Position numbers and translations under genes: made by a program. Positions 17,685 through 27,372 of a stretch of DNA of 64,000 nt are shown one piece after another; position 1 is the first letter of the stretch, and every line of letters starts with the position of its first letter. Below the pieces are notes generated by a model. It made no database searches, was not told where the DNA came from, and saw only the letters and a list, made by a program, of their open reading frames with translations. The DNA is from Alphaproteobacteria bacterium (GTDB lineage: Bacteria; Pseudomonadota; Alphaproteobacteria; UBA7879; UBA5542): contig JBKCVN010000025.1 of the NCBI GenBank assembly GCA_046317875.1, positions 15,879-79,878 on the forward strand, read 5' to 3'.

Positions 17685-19493
17685 ATGTCAAAAACTCCCC
17701 TATCTCATATTCGTAACTTTTCTATTATCGCCCACATTGACCATGGAAAATCAACCCTTGCGGACCGCTTAATTCAAGAATGCCAAGGATTAACTGAACG
17801 CGAACTGCGAGACCAAGTTCTGGATTCTATGGATATTGAACGGGAACGGGGGATTACCATTAAGGCTCAGACCGTGCGCCTGATGTATACGGCCCAGAAT
17901 GGGGAAACGTATCAGTTGAACCTGATGGACACGCCAGGCCACGTGGATTTTGCCTATGAAGTGAGCCGCTCTTTAGCAGCTTGCGAAGGGTCTTTGCTGA
18001 TTGTAGATGCCTCGCAAGGGGTGGAAGCCCAAACCTTGGCCAACGTTTATCAGGCCATTGATAATAATCATGAAATTATCCCCGTTTTAAATAAGATTGA
18101 CCTGCCCGCGGCTGAACCCGAACGTATCCGAGCCCAAATTGAAGAAGTAATTGGCATTGATGCCAGTGAAGCCATTTTAACGTCGGCCAAAACAGGACAG
18201 GGTGTTACAGAAATTTTAGAGGCCATCGTACAAAAGTTACCATCCCCCACAGGCGATGAGACAGCCCCCCTACAGGCCCTATTGGTGGACAGCTGGTATG
18301 ATACCTATCTAGGTGTAGTGACGTTGGTACGTATCAAAGAAGGCCTACTAAAACCGGGAATGAGAATAAAAATGATGGCCACTGACGCCATCTATACAGT
18401 GGACCAGGTGGGCTGTTTTACACCTAAAATTCATAAGACTGAAGCCTTGTATCCGGGCGAGATTGGCTATATTTCTGCCAACATTAAACAAGTGGCGGAT
18501 TGCCAAGTGGGGGATACGATTACCACCGAGAAGGGGGGATGCCTGGAACCCTTAAAAGGATTCAAGCCTTCGGTTCCTGTGGTTTTTTGTGGCATGTTCC
18601 CATCAGATGCCTCAGAGTTTGACGTATTAAAAGAAAGCCTTTCCAAATTAAGGTTGAATGACGCCAGCTTCCATTTCGAAACAGAAAGTTCAGCCGCTTT
18701 GGGCTTTGGGTTCCGGTGTGGATTCTTAGGATTACTGCATCTGGAGATTATTCAAGAACGTCTTGAACGTGAATTTGATCTAGACCTTATTACCACAGCC
18801 CCAAGCGTAATTTATAAAATCCATAAAACAGATGGTACTGTGGTCGAGCTTCACAACCCAGCAGACATGCCAGATGTGGTGCGCATTGATCATATTGAAG
18901 AGCCCTGGATTAAAGCGACCATCATGGTGCCCGATGAATATTTGGGGTCCATTCTTGCCCTATGTACCGAAAGGCGTGGAGAACAAGTGGATATGAACTA
19001 TGTAGGCAATCGGGTTATGGTGGTTTATAACTTGCCTTTAAACGAGATTGTATTTGATTTCTATGACCGTTTAAAGTCCATAAGCAAGGGTTATGCCAGC
19101 TTTGATTATCAGCTTGATTCCTATCGTGAAGGAGATCTTGTAAAAGTAGGCATCATGGTGAATGGAGAGCCTGTGGATGCCCTATCTTTTATGTGCCACC
19201 GAGACCGGGCCGATTCAAGGGGGCGGGAAATCTGCGAGCGTTTAAAAGACTTGATCCCCCGACAATTATTCAAAATTGCCATTCAGGCGGCCATTGGGGG
19301 CAAAATTATTGCCCGTGAAACCGTTTCGGCTTTGCGCAAAGATGTAACTGCCAAGTGTTATGGGGGAGATGTGTCCCGTAAGCGGAAACTGTTAGACAAA
19401 CAGAAAAAAGGTAAAAAACGTATGCGCCAAGTAGGGAACGTGGAAATTCCTCAAAGTGCGTTCTTGGCGGCCCTTAAGCGGGACGATTCCTAG
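17685..19493 (+). CDS. lepA: Elongation factor 4
   Basis: [35 protein letters not shown], and the LepA-specific C-terminal domain (...[24 protein letters not shown]). Confidence 0.95.
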   Translation: MSKTPLSHIRNFSIIAHIDHGKSTLADRLIQECQGLTERELRDQVLDSMDIERERGITIKAQTVRLMYTAQNGETYQLNLMDTPGHVDFAYEVSRSLAACEGSLLIVDASQGVEAQTLANVYQAIDNNHEIIPVLNKIDLPAAEPERIRAQIEEVIGIDASEAILTSAKTGQGVTEILEAIVQKLPSPTGDETAPLQALLVDSWYDTYLGVVTLVRIKEGLLKPGMRIKMMATDAIYTVDQVGCFTPKIHKTEALYPGEIGYISANIKQVADCQVGDTITTEKGGCLEPLKGFKPSVPVVFCGMFPSDASEFDVLKESLSKLRLNDASFHFETESSAALGFGFRCGFLGLLHLEIIQERLEREFDLDLITTAPSVIYKIHKTDGTVVELHNPADMPDVVRIDHIEEPWIKATIMVPDEYLGSILALCTERRGEQVDMNYVGNRVMVVYNLPLNEIVFDFYDRLKSISKGYASFDYQLDSYREGDLVKVGIMVNGEPVDALSFMCHRDRADSRGREICERLKDLIPRQLFKIAIQAAIGGKIIARETVSALRKDVTAKCYGGDVSRKRKLLDKQKKGKKRMRQVGNVEIPQSAFLAALKRDDS

Positions 19494-19559
19494 AGTAAAA
19501 GTTTAATCTTTTGAATTTTATGAACTTAATGATATCCTTTTTTAAAGGGAGACTTTATC

Positions 19560-19766
19560 ATGCCGTTTGTATCAGAGTTCTTTATTGCGCTTTTTACTAT
19601 CCTTGCATTGATCTTTGCCATGAGCCATGCCCATGACATTCTAGGGTTTTGTGGAGTGGTGCGCAAAAATCATGGGGGGAATAAAGGGATAGGGACTGGG
19701 AAGAAAAAAGATAACTCTTCGAGACTATCCTCTAAAAGAAAAACAAAAAGAACCTTTGCTTCTTAA
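19560..19766 (+). CDS. Small hypothetical membrane protein with basic tail
   Basis: GGGAG lies 8 nt upstream of the ATG. One hydrophobic helix (FFIALFTILALIFAM) and a Lys/Ser-rich tail. No homology recognised. Confidence 0.3.
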   Translation: MPFVSEFFIALFTILALIFAMSHAHDILGFCGVVRKNHGGNKGIGTGKKKDNSSRLSSKRKTKRTFAS

Positions 19767-19772
19767 TCAAAA

Positions 19773-21077
19773 TTATTCCAAAGCATCCAAGCAATGGGCA
19801 TAGGTAATGGGATGCTTCATCTGTACGCTTAAGAAAGACCCACAATGATTGCAAGAAATTTGCCACTTTTCTAAGGACTTACGACACTTATTACATTTGT
19901 AAGGATAAGAGATTTGGCGCATGGCTTTTTTCAAATGCTCTAGCGCATCGGGCATATTGTTTTTTTCTTTTTTTATGAGGGCTGCGCGCAATACATGGGC
20001 TTCGGGAACCCCTTTCGGGATTAAAGCCAATACACGCTTGGCTTCGCCCCAAAGCTTGGCTTGAATAAAATAAGTAATTAAGATCAGTTGGCTGACGGGA
20101 TGGTCTGGCAACAAATCATATAGATTTCTGGCTTGTTGGGCTTTGGCGAGAGGCTTATCACTTTCAGCTAGTAAATGACAATAAGCGTCTGCGATGGGCC
20201 AGGATGGTTTCTCGGACCATGCTTTTTCTAACAAGGTTTGGGTGGCCCTACGATCTTTCTTCAGGGCCAACAACTGGGCCAGTTCCAGTAAGTTATCTAA
20301 GAAATAAGGATTATGGTCATATGATTTTTTCAAACGATCCATTTTTTCTTCTTCAGAAATATTGGGTTGAAAAGCTAGTCTATTCCACAGGAAACCATAA
20401 ATTTCGTCAGATTCTTCTTTGGTGAAGCTGCCTTTCTTCTGGGATTTCTTCAGTAGATCCAGGGCTTCCTGCCATTCTTGGCTGGCAATTGCAACCTTAA
20501 GGGACTGTTTTAAAAACCACCCTTGTTCTGCATGAGCCTTAGAAGCTGATAGAATTAATTTTTTTGCCGAGTCGTGGCGGTTGCTTTTTAAGGCCGCTTC
20601 AATTTCATCATACCAAGCCATAGCTGTGAATTCTTCGAATTTTTTCAAATGCGATATGGCCAGGTTTTCTGTTTTTTTATCTTGTAGAAGTTGGGAGGAC
20701 TTCAGAAGGGCAATAGCAGGCAAGGCTGAATCCGGAGACAGATTCAGGGCTTCTTTTGAGAGTATCTGAGCTTCTTTAATATTTCCAAACTCTAGGGCCG
20801 AAAAGGCTTGGGCTAATACTTTGTGGGGATCACTTTTAAATTGGGATCCCACATTTAAAATGCCCTTGAACATCCAGACTAGCCCCAGCCACCCTGATGA
20901 AATGATGGCCCCAATTAAAAACAACACAAACAGTAAAAATAATACAAAAGATACGGTTGTTTCTATTTCATATCCCAACCATGTCAGAACTAAACTACCA
21001 GGATTTTGGGCGAGCCATAAGAATATGCCAAAAACAATAACTATTCTGAATAAAAAACCAATTTTCTTTAATGACAT
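19773..21077 (-). CDS. HemY N-terminal domain/TPR membrane protein (alphaproteobacterial HemY-like)
   Basis: Two N-terminal TM helices around LAQNPGSLVLTWLGYEIETTV (the HemY_N signature). TPR-like helical body. C-terminal Cys4 ribbon CNKCRK...CNHCGS. Start and stop overlap with the upstream gene. Confidence 0.6.
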   Translation of the reverse strand: MSLKKIGFLFRIVIVFGIFLWLAQNPGSLVLTWLGYEIETTVSFVLFLLFVLFLIGAIISSGWLGLVWMFKGILNVGSQFKSDPHKVLAQAFSALEFGNIKEAQILSKEALNLSPDSALPAIALLKSSQLLQDKKTENLAISHLKKFEEFTAMAWYDEIEAALKSNRHDSAKKLILSASKAHAEQGWFLKQSLKVAIASQEWQEALDLLKKSQKKGSFTKEESDEIYGFLWNRLAFQPNISEEEKMDRLKKSYDHNPYFLDNLLELAQLLALKKDRRATQTLLEKAWSEKPSWPIADAYCHLLAESDKPLAKAQQARNLYDLLPDHPVSQLILITYFIQAKLWGEAKRVLALIPKGVPEAHVLRAALIKKEKNNMPDALEHLKKAMRQISYPYKCNKCRKSLEKWQISCNHCGSFLSVQMKHPITYAHCLDALE

Positions 21078-21814
21078 TATTCCTTAATCCTTAAGCTCGC
21101 CAATAAAATATTATCCAATTCAGCCAGGGCTTTTTTTGCTTCAATTTTGTTTTTTAAAGTTTGGCTCCATTCTTTGTATTCGGGAAAATGAATCTCAATA
21201 AAGTCTAGAGCTTGTTTGTTTTGGTCGCTGCGAAGCAAGGCACAAAGGCTGTCCATCTTTTCCTTTTCGCGGAAGTTTCTAACTTTTAGAAAGCTGCCAA
21301 AGAAAGATTCAACCGTGCACCAAAAGTCCTTGGGCGAGTTCTGAGAATATATTTTATAAGACCGAAAAGAGGATTCAAGGGCTGCAGGAGAAGCAAATCC
21401 ATGGGTGTTGTTCCTGAGCACATCAAATTGGGGATCGTCCAGAGCGCGGCCCATGAGGTCTTGCAGTCGATGGAATGTTACGGAAAAGTTTTTGCCGGCT
21501 AGGACCTGTTGCTCTAGCTTAAAGTAAAGGAATATTTTTTGAAAGTTGTCTGATATATGTTTCGCCAAGGGCGAGGGCATATTCCCTCCAGCGGCAGAGG
21601 CTTTAGAAAGTTGATTGCGAAGGGACTCAATTTCTTGTTGGGCGGCGGCCAGTTGCTTTAGGGTGTGGGTGGTATCTGCAGAGGGTGTGGGATGCCATGT
21701 GTGGCCCAGGTAAAAGCCTAAAGCAGTTCCCAAAAGAACGATTCCAGCCATAAGGCCGATAAATATCTTTCTGGAAAGAACCGGGCTTGCTACGGTGGCA
21801 GGTTTGTGAATCAT
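21077..21814 (-). CDS. Mic60/mitofilin-like (COG4223-type) membrane protein
   Basis: N-terminal TM (IFIGLMAGIVLLGTALGFYL) and coiled coil (LKQLAAAQQEIESLRNQL). C-terminal block FLKVRNFREKEKMDSLCALLRSDQNKQALDFIEIHFPEYKEWSQTLKNKIEAKKAL, shaped like the mitofilin domain. It lies directly upstream of, and is translationally coupled to, the HemY-like gene, which is the conserved alphaproteobacterial arrangement. Confidence 0.45.
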   Translation of the reverse strand: MIHKPATVASPVLSRKIFIGLMAGIVLLGTALGFYLGHTWHPTPSADTTHTLKQLAAAQQEIESLRNQLSKASAAGGNMPSPLAKHISDNFQKIFLYFKLEQQVLAGKNFSVTFHRLQDLMGRALDDPQFDVLRNNTHGFASPAALESSFRSYKIYSQNSPKDFWCTVESFFGSFLKVRNFREKEKMDSLCALLRSDQNKQALDFIEIHFPEYKEWSQTLKNKIEAKKALAELDNILLASLRIKE

Positions 21815-21960
21815 ATGCCCAATTTAAGGTATTTTTCTAAAATATGCCACTGAAAAGGAGGCTATTTTAATGGAAAAACGCAAAATAAATTGGTAGGGAA
21901 AAGTATAACTACCTATGTAGGCTTTTTATAATCCACAAAACCCCGTAGGGTATAAAAATT

Positions 21961-22434
21961 TTATATAAAATCGATTTTTATAATTTTATAAAATTTTTCT
22001 CCACGGGGGGTTTTTACTTCCACCACATCATGAACTTTTTTACCAATAAGTCCGCGGGCTAAGGGTGAGTTCACGGGAAGCAAACCCTTTTTGATATCAG
22101 CTTCATCAACGCCCACAATTTGGTACTGGGATTCCTCACCAGAAGAGTCATCCATAACCCGAACGGTCGCACCGAACTTTATGGTGTCTCCGGATAACTT
22201 CTGTACGTCGATTACCTCGGCGCGGCTGATTTTGTCTTCCAGTTCATTAATCCGGCCTTCCACAAAGGATTGGCGTTCCCGAGCCGCATGATATTCTGCA
22301 TTTTCAGATAAGTCACCATGGGCGCGTGCTTCTTCTATGGCCTTGATAACCGCAGGGCGTTCGGACGATTTTAGATGATGTAATTCAGCTTCTAGTTTTG
22401 CAAGGCCTTGAGCGGTTAACGGCAATCGTTCCAT
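21961..22434 (-). CDS. greA: Transcription elongation factor GreA
   Basis: PLTAQGLAKLEAELHHLK...AIEEARAHGDLSENAEYHAARERQ...; 157 aa. Confidence 0.95.
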   Translation of the reverse strand: MERLPLTAQGLAKLEAELHHLKSSERPAVIKAIEEARAHGDLSENAEYHAARERQSFVEGRINELEDKISRAEVIDVQKLSGDTIKFGATVRVMDDSSGEESQYQIVGVDEADIKKGLLPVNSPLARGLIGKKVHDVVEVKTPRGEKFYKIIKIDFI

Positions 22435-22666
22435 GGGAAGCTATCTCCTTTATATTTCAATGTAATCTGGTAATTAGCGTAATTTGCCACCTTAAAGCAA
22501 GCAAAATGTTTAAGGCACAGTATAGATAAAAAGATTCACCAATAAAAGGATTAATTAAAATAATAATTACTTGGACAAGATTACCTGGTGGGGCCCAGTT
22601 GTTTTTCCCTAGGTGCTGTGGTAAAGTTGAGCCATCTAGAATATAGAGAAAATATGGAGAATTATT

Positions 22667-23410
22667 ATGTCTGATCTTCGATATAGAGTTATTAATCAAA
22701 CGGGTTCTCAGGCCTCAGAAATGGATCTGGGTCTGCGCTCGTATATGATGAAAGTATATGGGTATATGTTCATGGGGCTTAGCTTTACGGGTTTCATGGC
22801 GTTTGCGGTAACCCGTATTCCTGAATTGCAACAACTTTTATTTGCGATCGATGCCACGGGTCGCTATGTTCCCAGTGGTTTCACCTGGTTTCTATTATTC
22901 GCCCAGGTTGGTGCCGTTCTATTCCTTTCTTTGCGGATTAACCATTTGCAGTCAAACACGGCCAGACTTATATTTTTTGCCTATGCATTGTTAATGGGAC
23001 TCAGTTTATCATCGGTGTTCCTGGTTTATACAGGAGCCAGCTTAAGCCGTGTGTTTTTTATTACTTCCTCGGTCTTTGGAGCCATGACCCTTTATGGTTA
23101 TGTAACAAAACGTGATCTTACAGGGTTCGGTTCCTTTTTATTCATGGGCTTAATAGGAATTGTTCTGGCCTCTTTGGTGAATATTTTCCTGAAGAGCTCG
23201 ATGATGGATTTTATCGTATCTGTTTTAGGAGTTCTTATTTTTACAGGGTTGACCGCTTATGATACCCAAAGAATCAAAGAAATTTACTATGAGAATGATT
23301 CGGGAGAGGTCCAGTCTAAAAAAGCAGTTATGGGGGCCTTGGCTCTTTATTTAGACTTTATTAATCTTTTTCTACACTTATTACGATTTTTAGGGGATCG
23401 CCGTAACTAG
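22667..23410 (+). CDS. Bax inhibitor-1/YccA family membrane protein
   Basis: LRSYMMKVYGYMFMGLSFTG start motif, seven hydrophobic segments, C-terminal ...ALALYLDFINLFLHLLRFLG. Confidence 0.85.
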   Translation: MSDLRYRVINQTGSQASEMDLGLRSYMMKVYGYMFMGLSFTGFMAFAVTRIPELQQLLFAIDATGRYVPSGFTWFLLFAQVGAVLFLSLRINHLQSNTARLIFFAYALLMGLSLSSVFLVYTGASLSRVFFITSSVFGAMTLYGYVTKRDLTGFGSFLFMGLIGIVLASLVNIFLKSSMMDFIVSVLGVLIFTGLTAYDTQRIKEIYYENDSGEVQSKKAVMGALALYLDFINLFLHLLRFLGDRRN

Positions 23411-23612
23411 GCTCCTTTAAAGATTGCTCGGCTTTTAAAAGGGTCTCTTCCAGTTGGGAAGAGACCTCTTTTATTTCATTTAGAATATGATGGTGGTGGT
23501 AGGCAAAGACTGCAAAGATGTAATAACGATAGAGCAGGCACCCCATCAGTAAGCTGCCCATGACCATAAAAAAGATGCGGGGATAAGAATGGGAGAAATG
23601 GGAATTAGTCAT
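23361..23612 (-). CDS. Small bitopic protein, GspM/PilO-like position in secretion/pilus module
   Basis: One TM (IFFMVMGSLLMGCLLYRYYIFAVFAY) followed by a short coiled coil. It is the last gene of the cluster and overlaps the preceding gene by 8 nt. Assignment rests on architecture and position only. Confidence 0.35.
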   Translation of the reverse strand: MTNSHFSHSYPRIFFMVMGSLLMGCLLYRYYIFAVFAYHHHHILNEIKEVSSQLEETLLKAEQSLKEPSYGDPLKIVISVEKD

Positions 23613-24444
23613 GGTGTACTCTAAGGGATATAGGGTTTGAATTTTTCAAGGAAACGGTATTGAGGCTGGTTTTGAGCTCAGCCAATGTTTGCCGAGAGTG
23701 GTGCAATTGTTCGTCCCATTTCTGAAAAGAGATTGTATTATAAATAAGGCATGCCACCAACAACAACCCAGCAGCTATGGCTTTATAAATATCCGAAGGA
23801 AAATTTATTTTTTGATAATAAAGTCCGGTTGATTTTATGGGGACCAAGGGCGGGGTTTCCTTTGTGGGGTACAAATCAATGGGCATCTCCACATCAGGGT
23901 TTTCTTCTTTAAAATGGTTGAGCGTAAGGCTGATCGCATCTTGTATCTGATCTGCTGTCTTGAGCGAAGAAAAATGATAAAAAGACACCCCATGTGTGGT
24001 TAATATGATTTGCCATAAACCTAAAAAAGGGCAGGTATAATAAAAAAATCCTGACTGATTCGAAGTAAATTTCCTATCTGTAAGGAGTTCTTGCAGAAAG
24101 CAAGTAACTTTTATAACCTGACCATCTTTTAAAAGAGGATGGGGAATTTCAGGATTAAACAAAAATAATTGGTTTTGTAGTCGATAGGAAAAACCAGGAA
24201 AGATTTTCTTTTGAATCTGTAATAGGAATTTTTCAAAGGGCGAGAGAGGTTCTAAGTTTAGGAAGACCCGATCTTTTTCTCTCTCGCTGTAAATCAGTCT
24301 AGGCCGGGATTGTGACTCTTTCCATAAGGACGATGACAAAAAGTCGTCTATGGACAAAAATTCCTGAGCTTTCTCTAATTTATGATCTGTAAAAGATCCT
24401 AGAATAAAAGAATGATCGGATATCAACACAAGAACTATAGTCAT
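23605..24444 (-). CDS. GspL / fused PilM-PilN-like assembly protein
   Basis: Likely start MTIVLVLISDHSFILGSF, resembling an actin-like PilM/GspL N-terminus, directly after the gspF-like stop. Cytoplasmic domain, then a single TM (AIAAGLLLVACLIYNTISF), then a coiled coil. Weak call based on architecture. Confidence 0.4.
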   Translation of the reverse strand: MTIVLVLISDHSFILGSFTDHKLEKAQEFLSIDDFLSSSLWKESQSRPRLIYSEREKDRVFLNLEPLSPFEKFLLQIQKKIFPGFSYRLQNQLFLFNPEIPHPLLKDGQVIKVTCFLQELLTDRKFTSNQSGFFYYTCPFLGLWQIILTTHGVSFYHFSSLKTADQIQDAISLTLNHFKEENPDVEMPIDLYPTKETPPLVPIKSTGLYYQKINFPSDIYKAIAAGLLLVACLIYNTISFQKWDEQLHHSRQTLAELKTSLNTVSLKNSNPISLRVHHD

Positions 24445-24445
24445 T

Positions 24446-25624
24446 TTAAAAACCTGTGAGCGAATACAAAGGATAAAAGAGTCCCAGGACAATCCACATT
24501 AAAAAACCACCTATGGCCAACAAACCAACAGTAGGAAGGGCGTCTTTTAGAAAATCAATCTGATATTGAACAGTTTCACTATAATAGTCGCGGATTGTTA
24601 AGAAGCTGTCGGCTAAGTTATTTGAATTTTCCCCAGCTTTAATAAATTGGGCCAATAAAGGGGAAAAAAAAGATATGGATTCTAGTGCAGAAGACAGGGA
24701 TTGACCCCTTTCAATATTGTGTTTCAGTGTTTCTAAAGAATTTTTGAGAGCCATATTAGAGGTTTCTGATATGGCCACTTCTAAAGCGTTTAAAAGAAAT
24801 ACATTAGATTGGAGTAATAAAAATAAATTCATGCTTGCTTTAATAACCCAGACTTTAATGAGAAAAGATCCCATAAAAGGAAGGCGTAAAATAAAAGTGT
24901 GCCATTTAATTTTTAGAGCCGGTAATTTTACCAAAAAATACCCCCCAATCATCACTAGTAGAAACGAAATACCAAAAAGAAGACCATATGACTCAAAAAA
25001 ATCTGTAAATCCTAATAAAGTCTGGGTAGCAAAACTTTGAGTCCCCATTGAGGTGGTGGCCAAGAAAGATTTTAAGGGTGGGACTAAGAAAATTGTGAGG
25101 GAGAAGATTAAGACAATCAGAAAGCAGAATAAAATCATGGGATAACGAAGGGCTTGAAGAATGCTTTTCTGAAAAGTATTCTTCCAAATCAGGTATGTCC
25201 TAATTTGCTGAAAAGATTGGCTGAGACTTCCGTGAGATTCGCCCACTTTGATCATTTCGACGAAAATAGGATCAAAATATCTTTTATTGCTTTGAAAGGC
25301 ATCCGAGAGGCTAAATCCCCCTTCAATTTTTTGATGAAGATCAGCACAGACTGACTTCAAACGGGAGGAAGAAACCCGTTGGATGTGGCTTAAAGATTGG
25401 GGAAGGGAGAGGCCTGCTTTTAAAAGGTATTCTAAATTCATGCATAGGGAAAGGGAGTCCTGAAAAGATAGTTTTCTAAAAAGTAAAAAGGACTGGGGAT
25501 AGAACCAGAGAAGATGAATGTTTTTTTGGATGGCTTGTTTTATAAAACTATGGATGTTCGGGGCTTCTAGGATCCCCTCCACCGTCTGGTTTTTTTGAAA
25601 TCCTTTGTATTTATAGACAGGCAT
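24446..25624 (-). CDS. Type II secretion / type IV pilus inner-membrane platform protein (GspF/PilC family)
   Basis: Two T2SSF repeats (...LEYLLKAGLSLPQSL...GGFSLSDAF... and ...LLQSNVFLLNALEVA...GQSLSSAL...). Three TM blocks; 392 aa. Confidence 0.85.
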   Translation of the reverse strand: MPVYKYKGFQKNQTVEGILEAPNIHSFIKQAIQKNIHLLWFYPQSFLLFRKLSFQDSLSLCMNLEYLLKAGLSLPQSLSHIQRVSSSRLKSVCADLHQKIEGGFSLSDAFQSNKRYFDPIFVEMIKVGESHGSLSQSFQQIRTYLIWKNTFQKSILQALRYPMILFCFLIVLIFSLTIFLVPPLKSFLATTSMGTQSFATQTLLGFTDFFESYGLLFGISFLLVMIGGYFLVKLPALKIKWHTFILRLPFMGSFLIKVWVIKASMNLFLLLQSNVFLLNALEVAISETSNMALKNSLETLKHNIERGQSLSSALESISFFSPLLAQFIKAGENSNNLADSFLTIRDYYSETVQYQIDFLKDALPTVGLLAIGGFLMWIVLGLFYPLYSLTGF

Positions 25625-27301
25625 GATTTTTCAAATCTATTTCTGGCATGACTGAGAATATTTCCTGGGGTGAGGTGAGACCCTCTTTTATGGCCTGGAG
25701 GGCCTGATCTTTTATGGAAATATATCCTTCTTGGCGGGCTTCATCTTCTAGCTCTTTTAACGAGGGATTTTGTAAAACAAGATGATTAAAATGGGGACTA
25801 CACAGAATAAACTCTACCAAGGGGAATCGCCCTTTATAGCCCGTGTGTCTGCAGGAAGGGCAGCCCGACGCTTGGTAAATAAAATCCACAGAAGTGGGAA
25901 GTTTTTCTTTGTCTATGGGGGGCACGGGACCCTTGGAACGGCAATGGGGGCATAATTTTCGAATTAAACGTTGGGATAAAAGTCCTCGTAAGTTCGAGGC
26001 CAAGGTGGTTGATGAAATGCCCAGATCCTTCAGTCTTTGAAGTACACCCAAGGCGTTGGGGGCATGAAGGGTGCTGTAGACCTGGTGTCCTGTCATGGCG
26101 GCACGGAGGGCCATTTGGGCGGTATCCGCGTCGCGAATTTCCCCAATTAATATGATGTCGGGATCTTGACGTAAAATAGATCGGATTCCTTGGGCAAAAG
26201 TGAAAGTAGAATGCTCTTGTACTTCTGTTTGACGCACAAAAGAAAGGTCATATTCAATGGGCTGTTCGAGCGTCATGATGTTCCGAGCTTCATTTTTTAA
26301 TGTGTTTAATAAGGCATATAAGGTGGTAGTTTTGCCCGACCCCTGGGGCCACATAAAATAAATAAGCCTTCTTTTGTATGAACAGCTTTTAAAATTTGCT
26401 GAAATATTTTAGTTGGAAATCCAAGCTCTTCTAATGGGACAAGAGCAGACGCCCTATCTAAAACCCGAATAACAATACTTTCTCCTTGTTTTGTGGGATG
26501 GGTTGAGACCCGAAAATCCATTTCTCTTCCATGGATGAACCGTGAAAATCTACCGTTCTGGGGAAGGCGATTTTCTGCAATATTCATATGGGCACATACT
26601 TTCAAATGTACGCACAAACTATCCCAAAAATCTTTGTGAAATACATGATGAGTGGATAGGTGCCCATCGATGCGCAGACGAAGGCGAACAACTTTATGAT
26701 CGGGTTCTAAATGAATATCTGAGGCCCTTTCTAATAGGGCATCTTCTAGGCATTTATCCAGAATCGATGGGATGATCTCGGCTGATAAGGGGGAGGGGAT
26801 GAGGGAAAGGTTGTTAAGTTGGGTAAATAGATGATCTAAAGAAGGTCTACACGGCAGATAGGTTGCTTGAAGATTTTTAATTTGAAAGGAAGAAGCCACA
26901 TAGAATATACACTCCCACCCTGCAAATAGAGTTTGGATTTTGTGCATGCACGAAGTGGTGGGCTGCCCTAGGGCAATATGTATTTTTTTCTTTTCTTGAT
27001 TAAAAGGAAGAACTGCATCAGTTAAACCAGTCAAAAGATTATTATCTAAGTTTTTTAGGGTTTCTTCCAGGGCTTGGGCTGTTTCTAAGTCAATAAAAGG
27101 AAGGTTCCAAAATTGAGACAAAAGGTGGCTTATCTTCCTTTCATCCATAAAACCAAGTTCAACCAATGACTTATCCAGAGATGTCTGGTTTTTTTTTGCT
27201 TCACGTTGGGCAATTTGCAGAAACTTGGGCGTGATTAGCCCGTGTTCTATTAAAAAATCTTCAAAAGATACAACATTTGGGGCCTTTGAAAGGCTGCTCA
27301 T
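25611..27301 (-). pseudogene. Type II secretion / type IV pilus assembly ATPase (GspE/PilB family), frame broken inside Walker A
   Basis: N-terminal ORF 26306..27301 has a T2SSE_N-like domain (FLIEHGLITPKFLQIAQREAKK...LPFIDLE) and ends ...GLFILCGPRGRAKLPP*. C-terminal ORF 25611..26354 begins (M)WPQGSGKTTTLYA and continues with the Asp box, Walker B (DPDIILIGEIRD), the His box (TGHQVYSTLH) and the tetracysteine motif CPHC...CPSC. Confidence 0.85.
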
Positions 27302-27372
27302 TATTTTATACTCTCCACTTTTTGAAGGGCATCATAGGAGAAAAAAGATAAACGAGAAAGAAAAAAGAGTTT

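Noticed and set aside
23361-23410. 50-nt convergent overlap between the BI-1 gene and the GspM/PilO-like ORF, considered as an antisense regulatory arrangement.
   Set aside because: Convergent 3' overlaps recur in this window: 42926-42958 (AEC/UbiB-like) and 54809-54825 (ampG/eamA). This looks like genome compaction rather than a specific device. It also lowers confidence in the 83-aa ORF's exact end.
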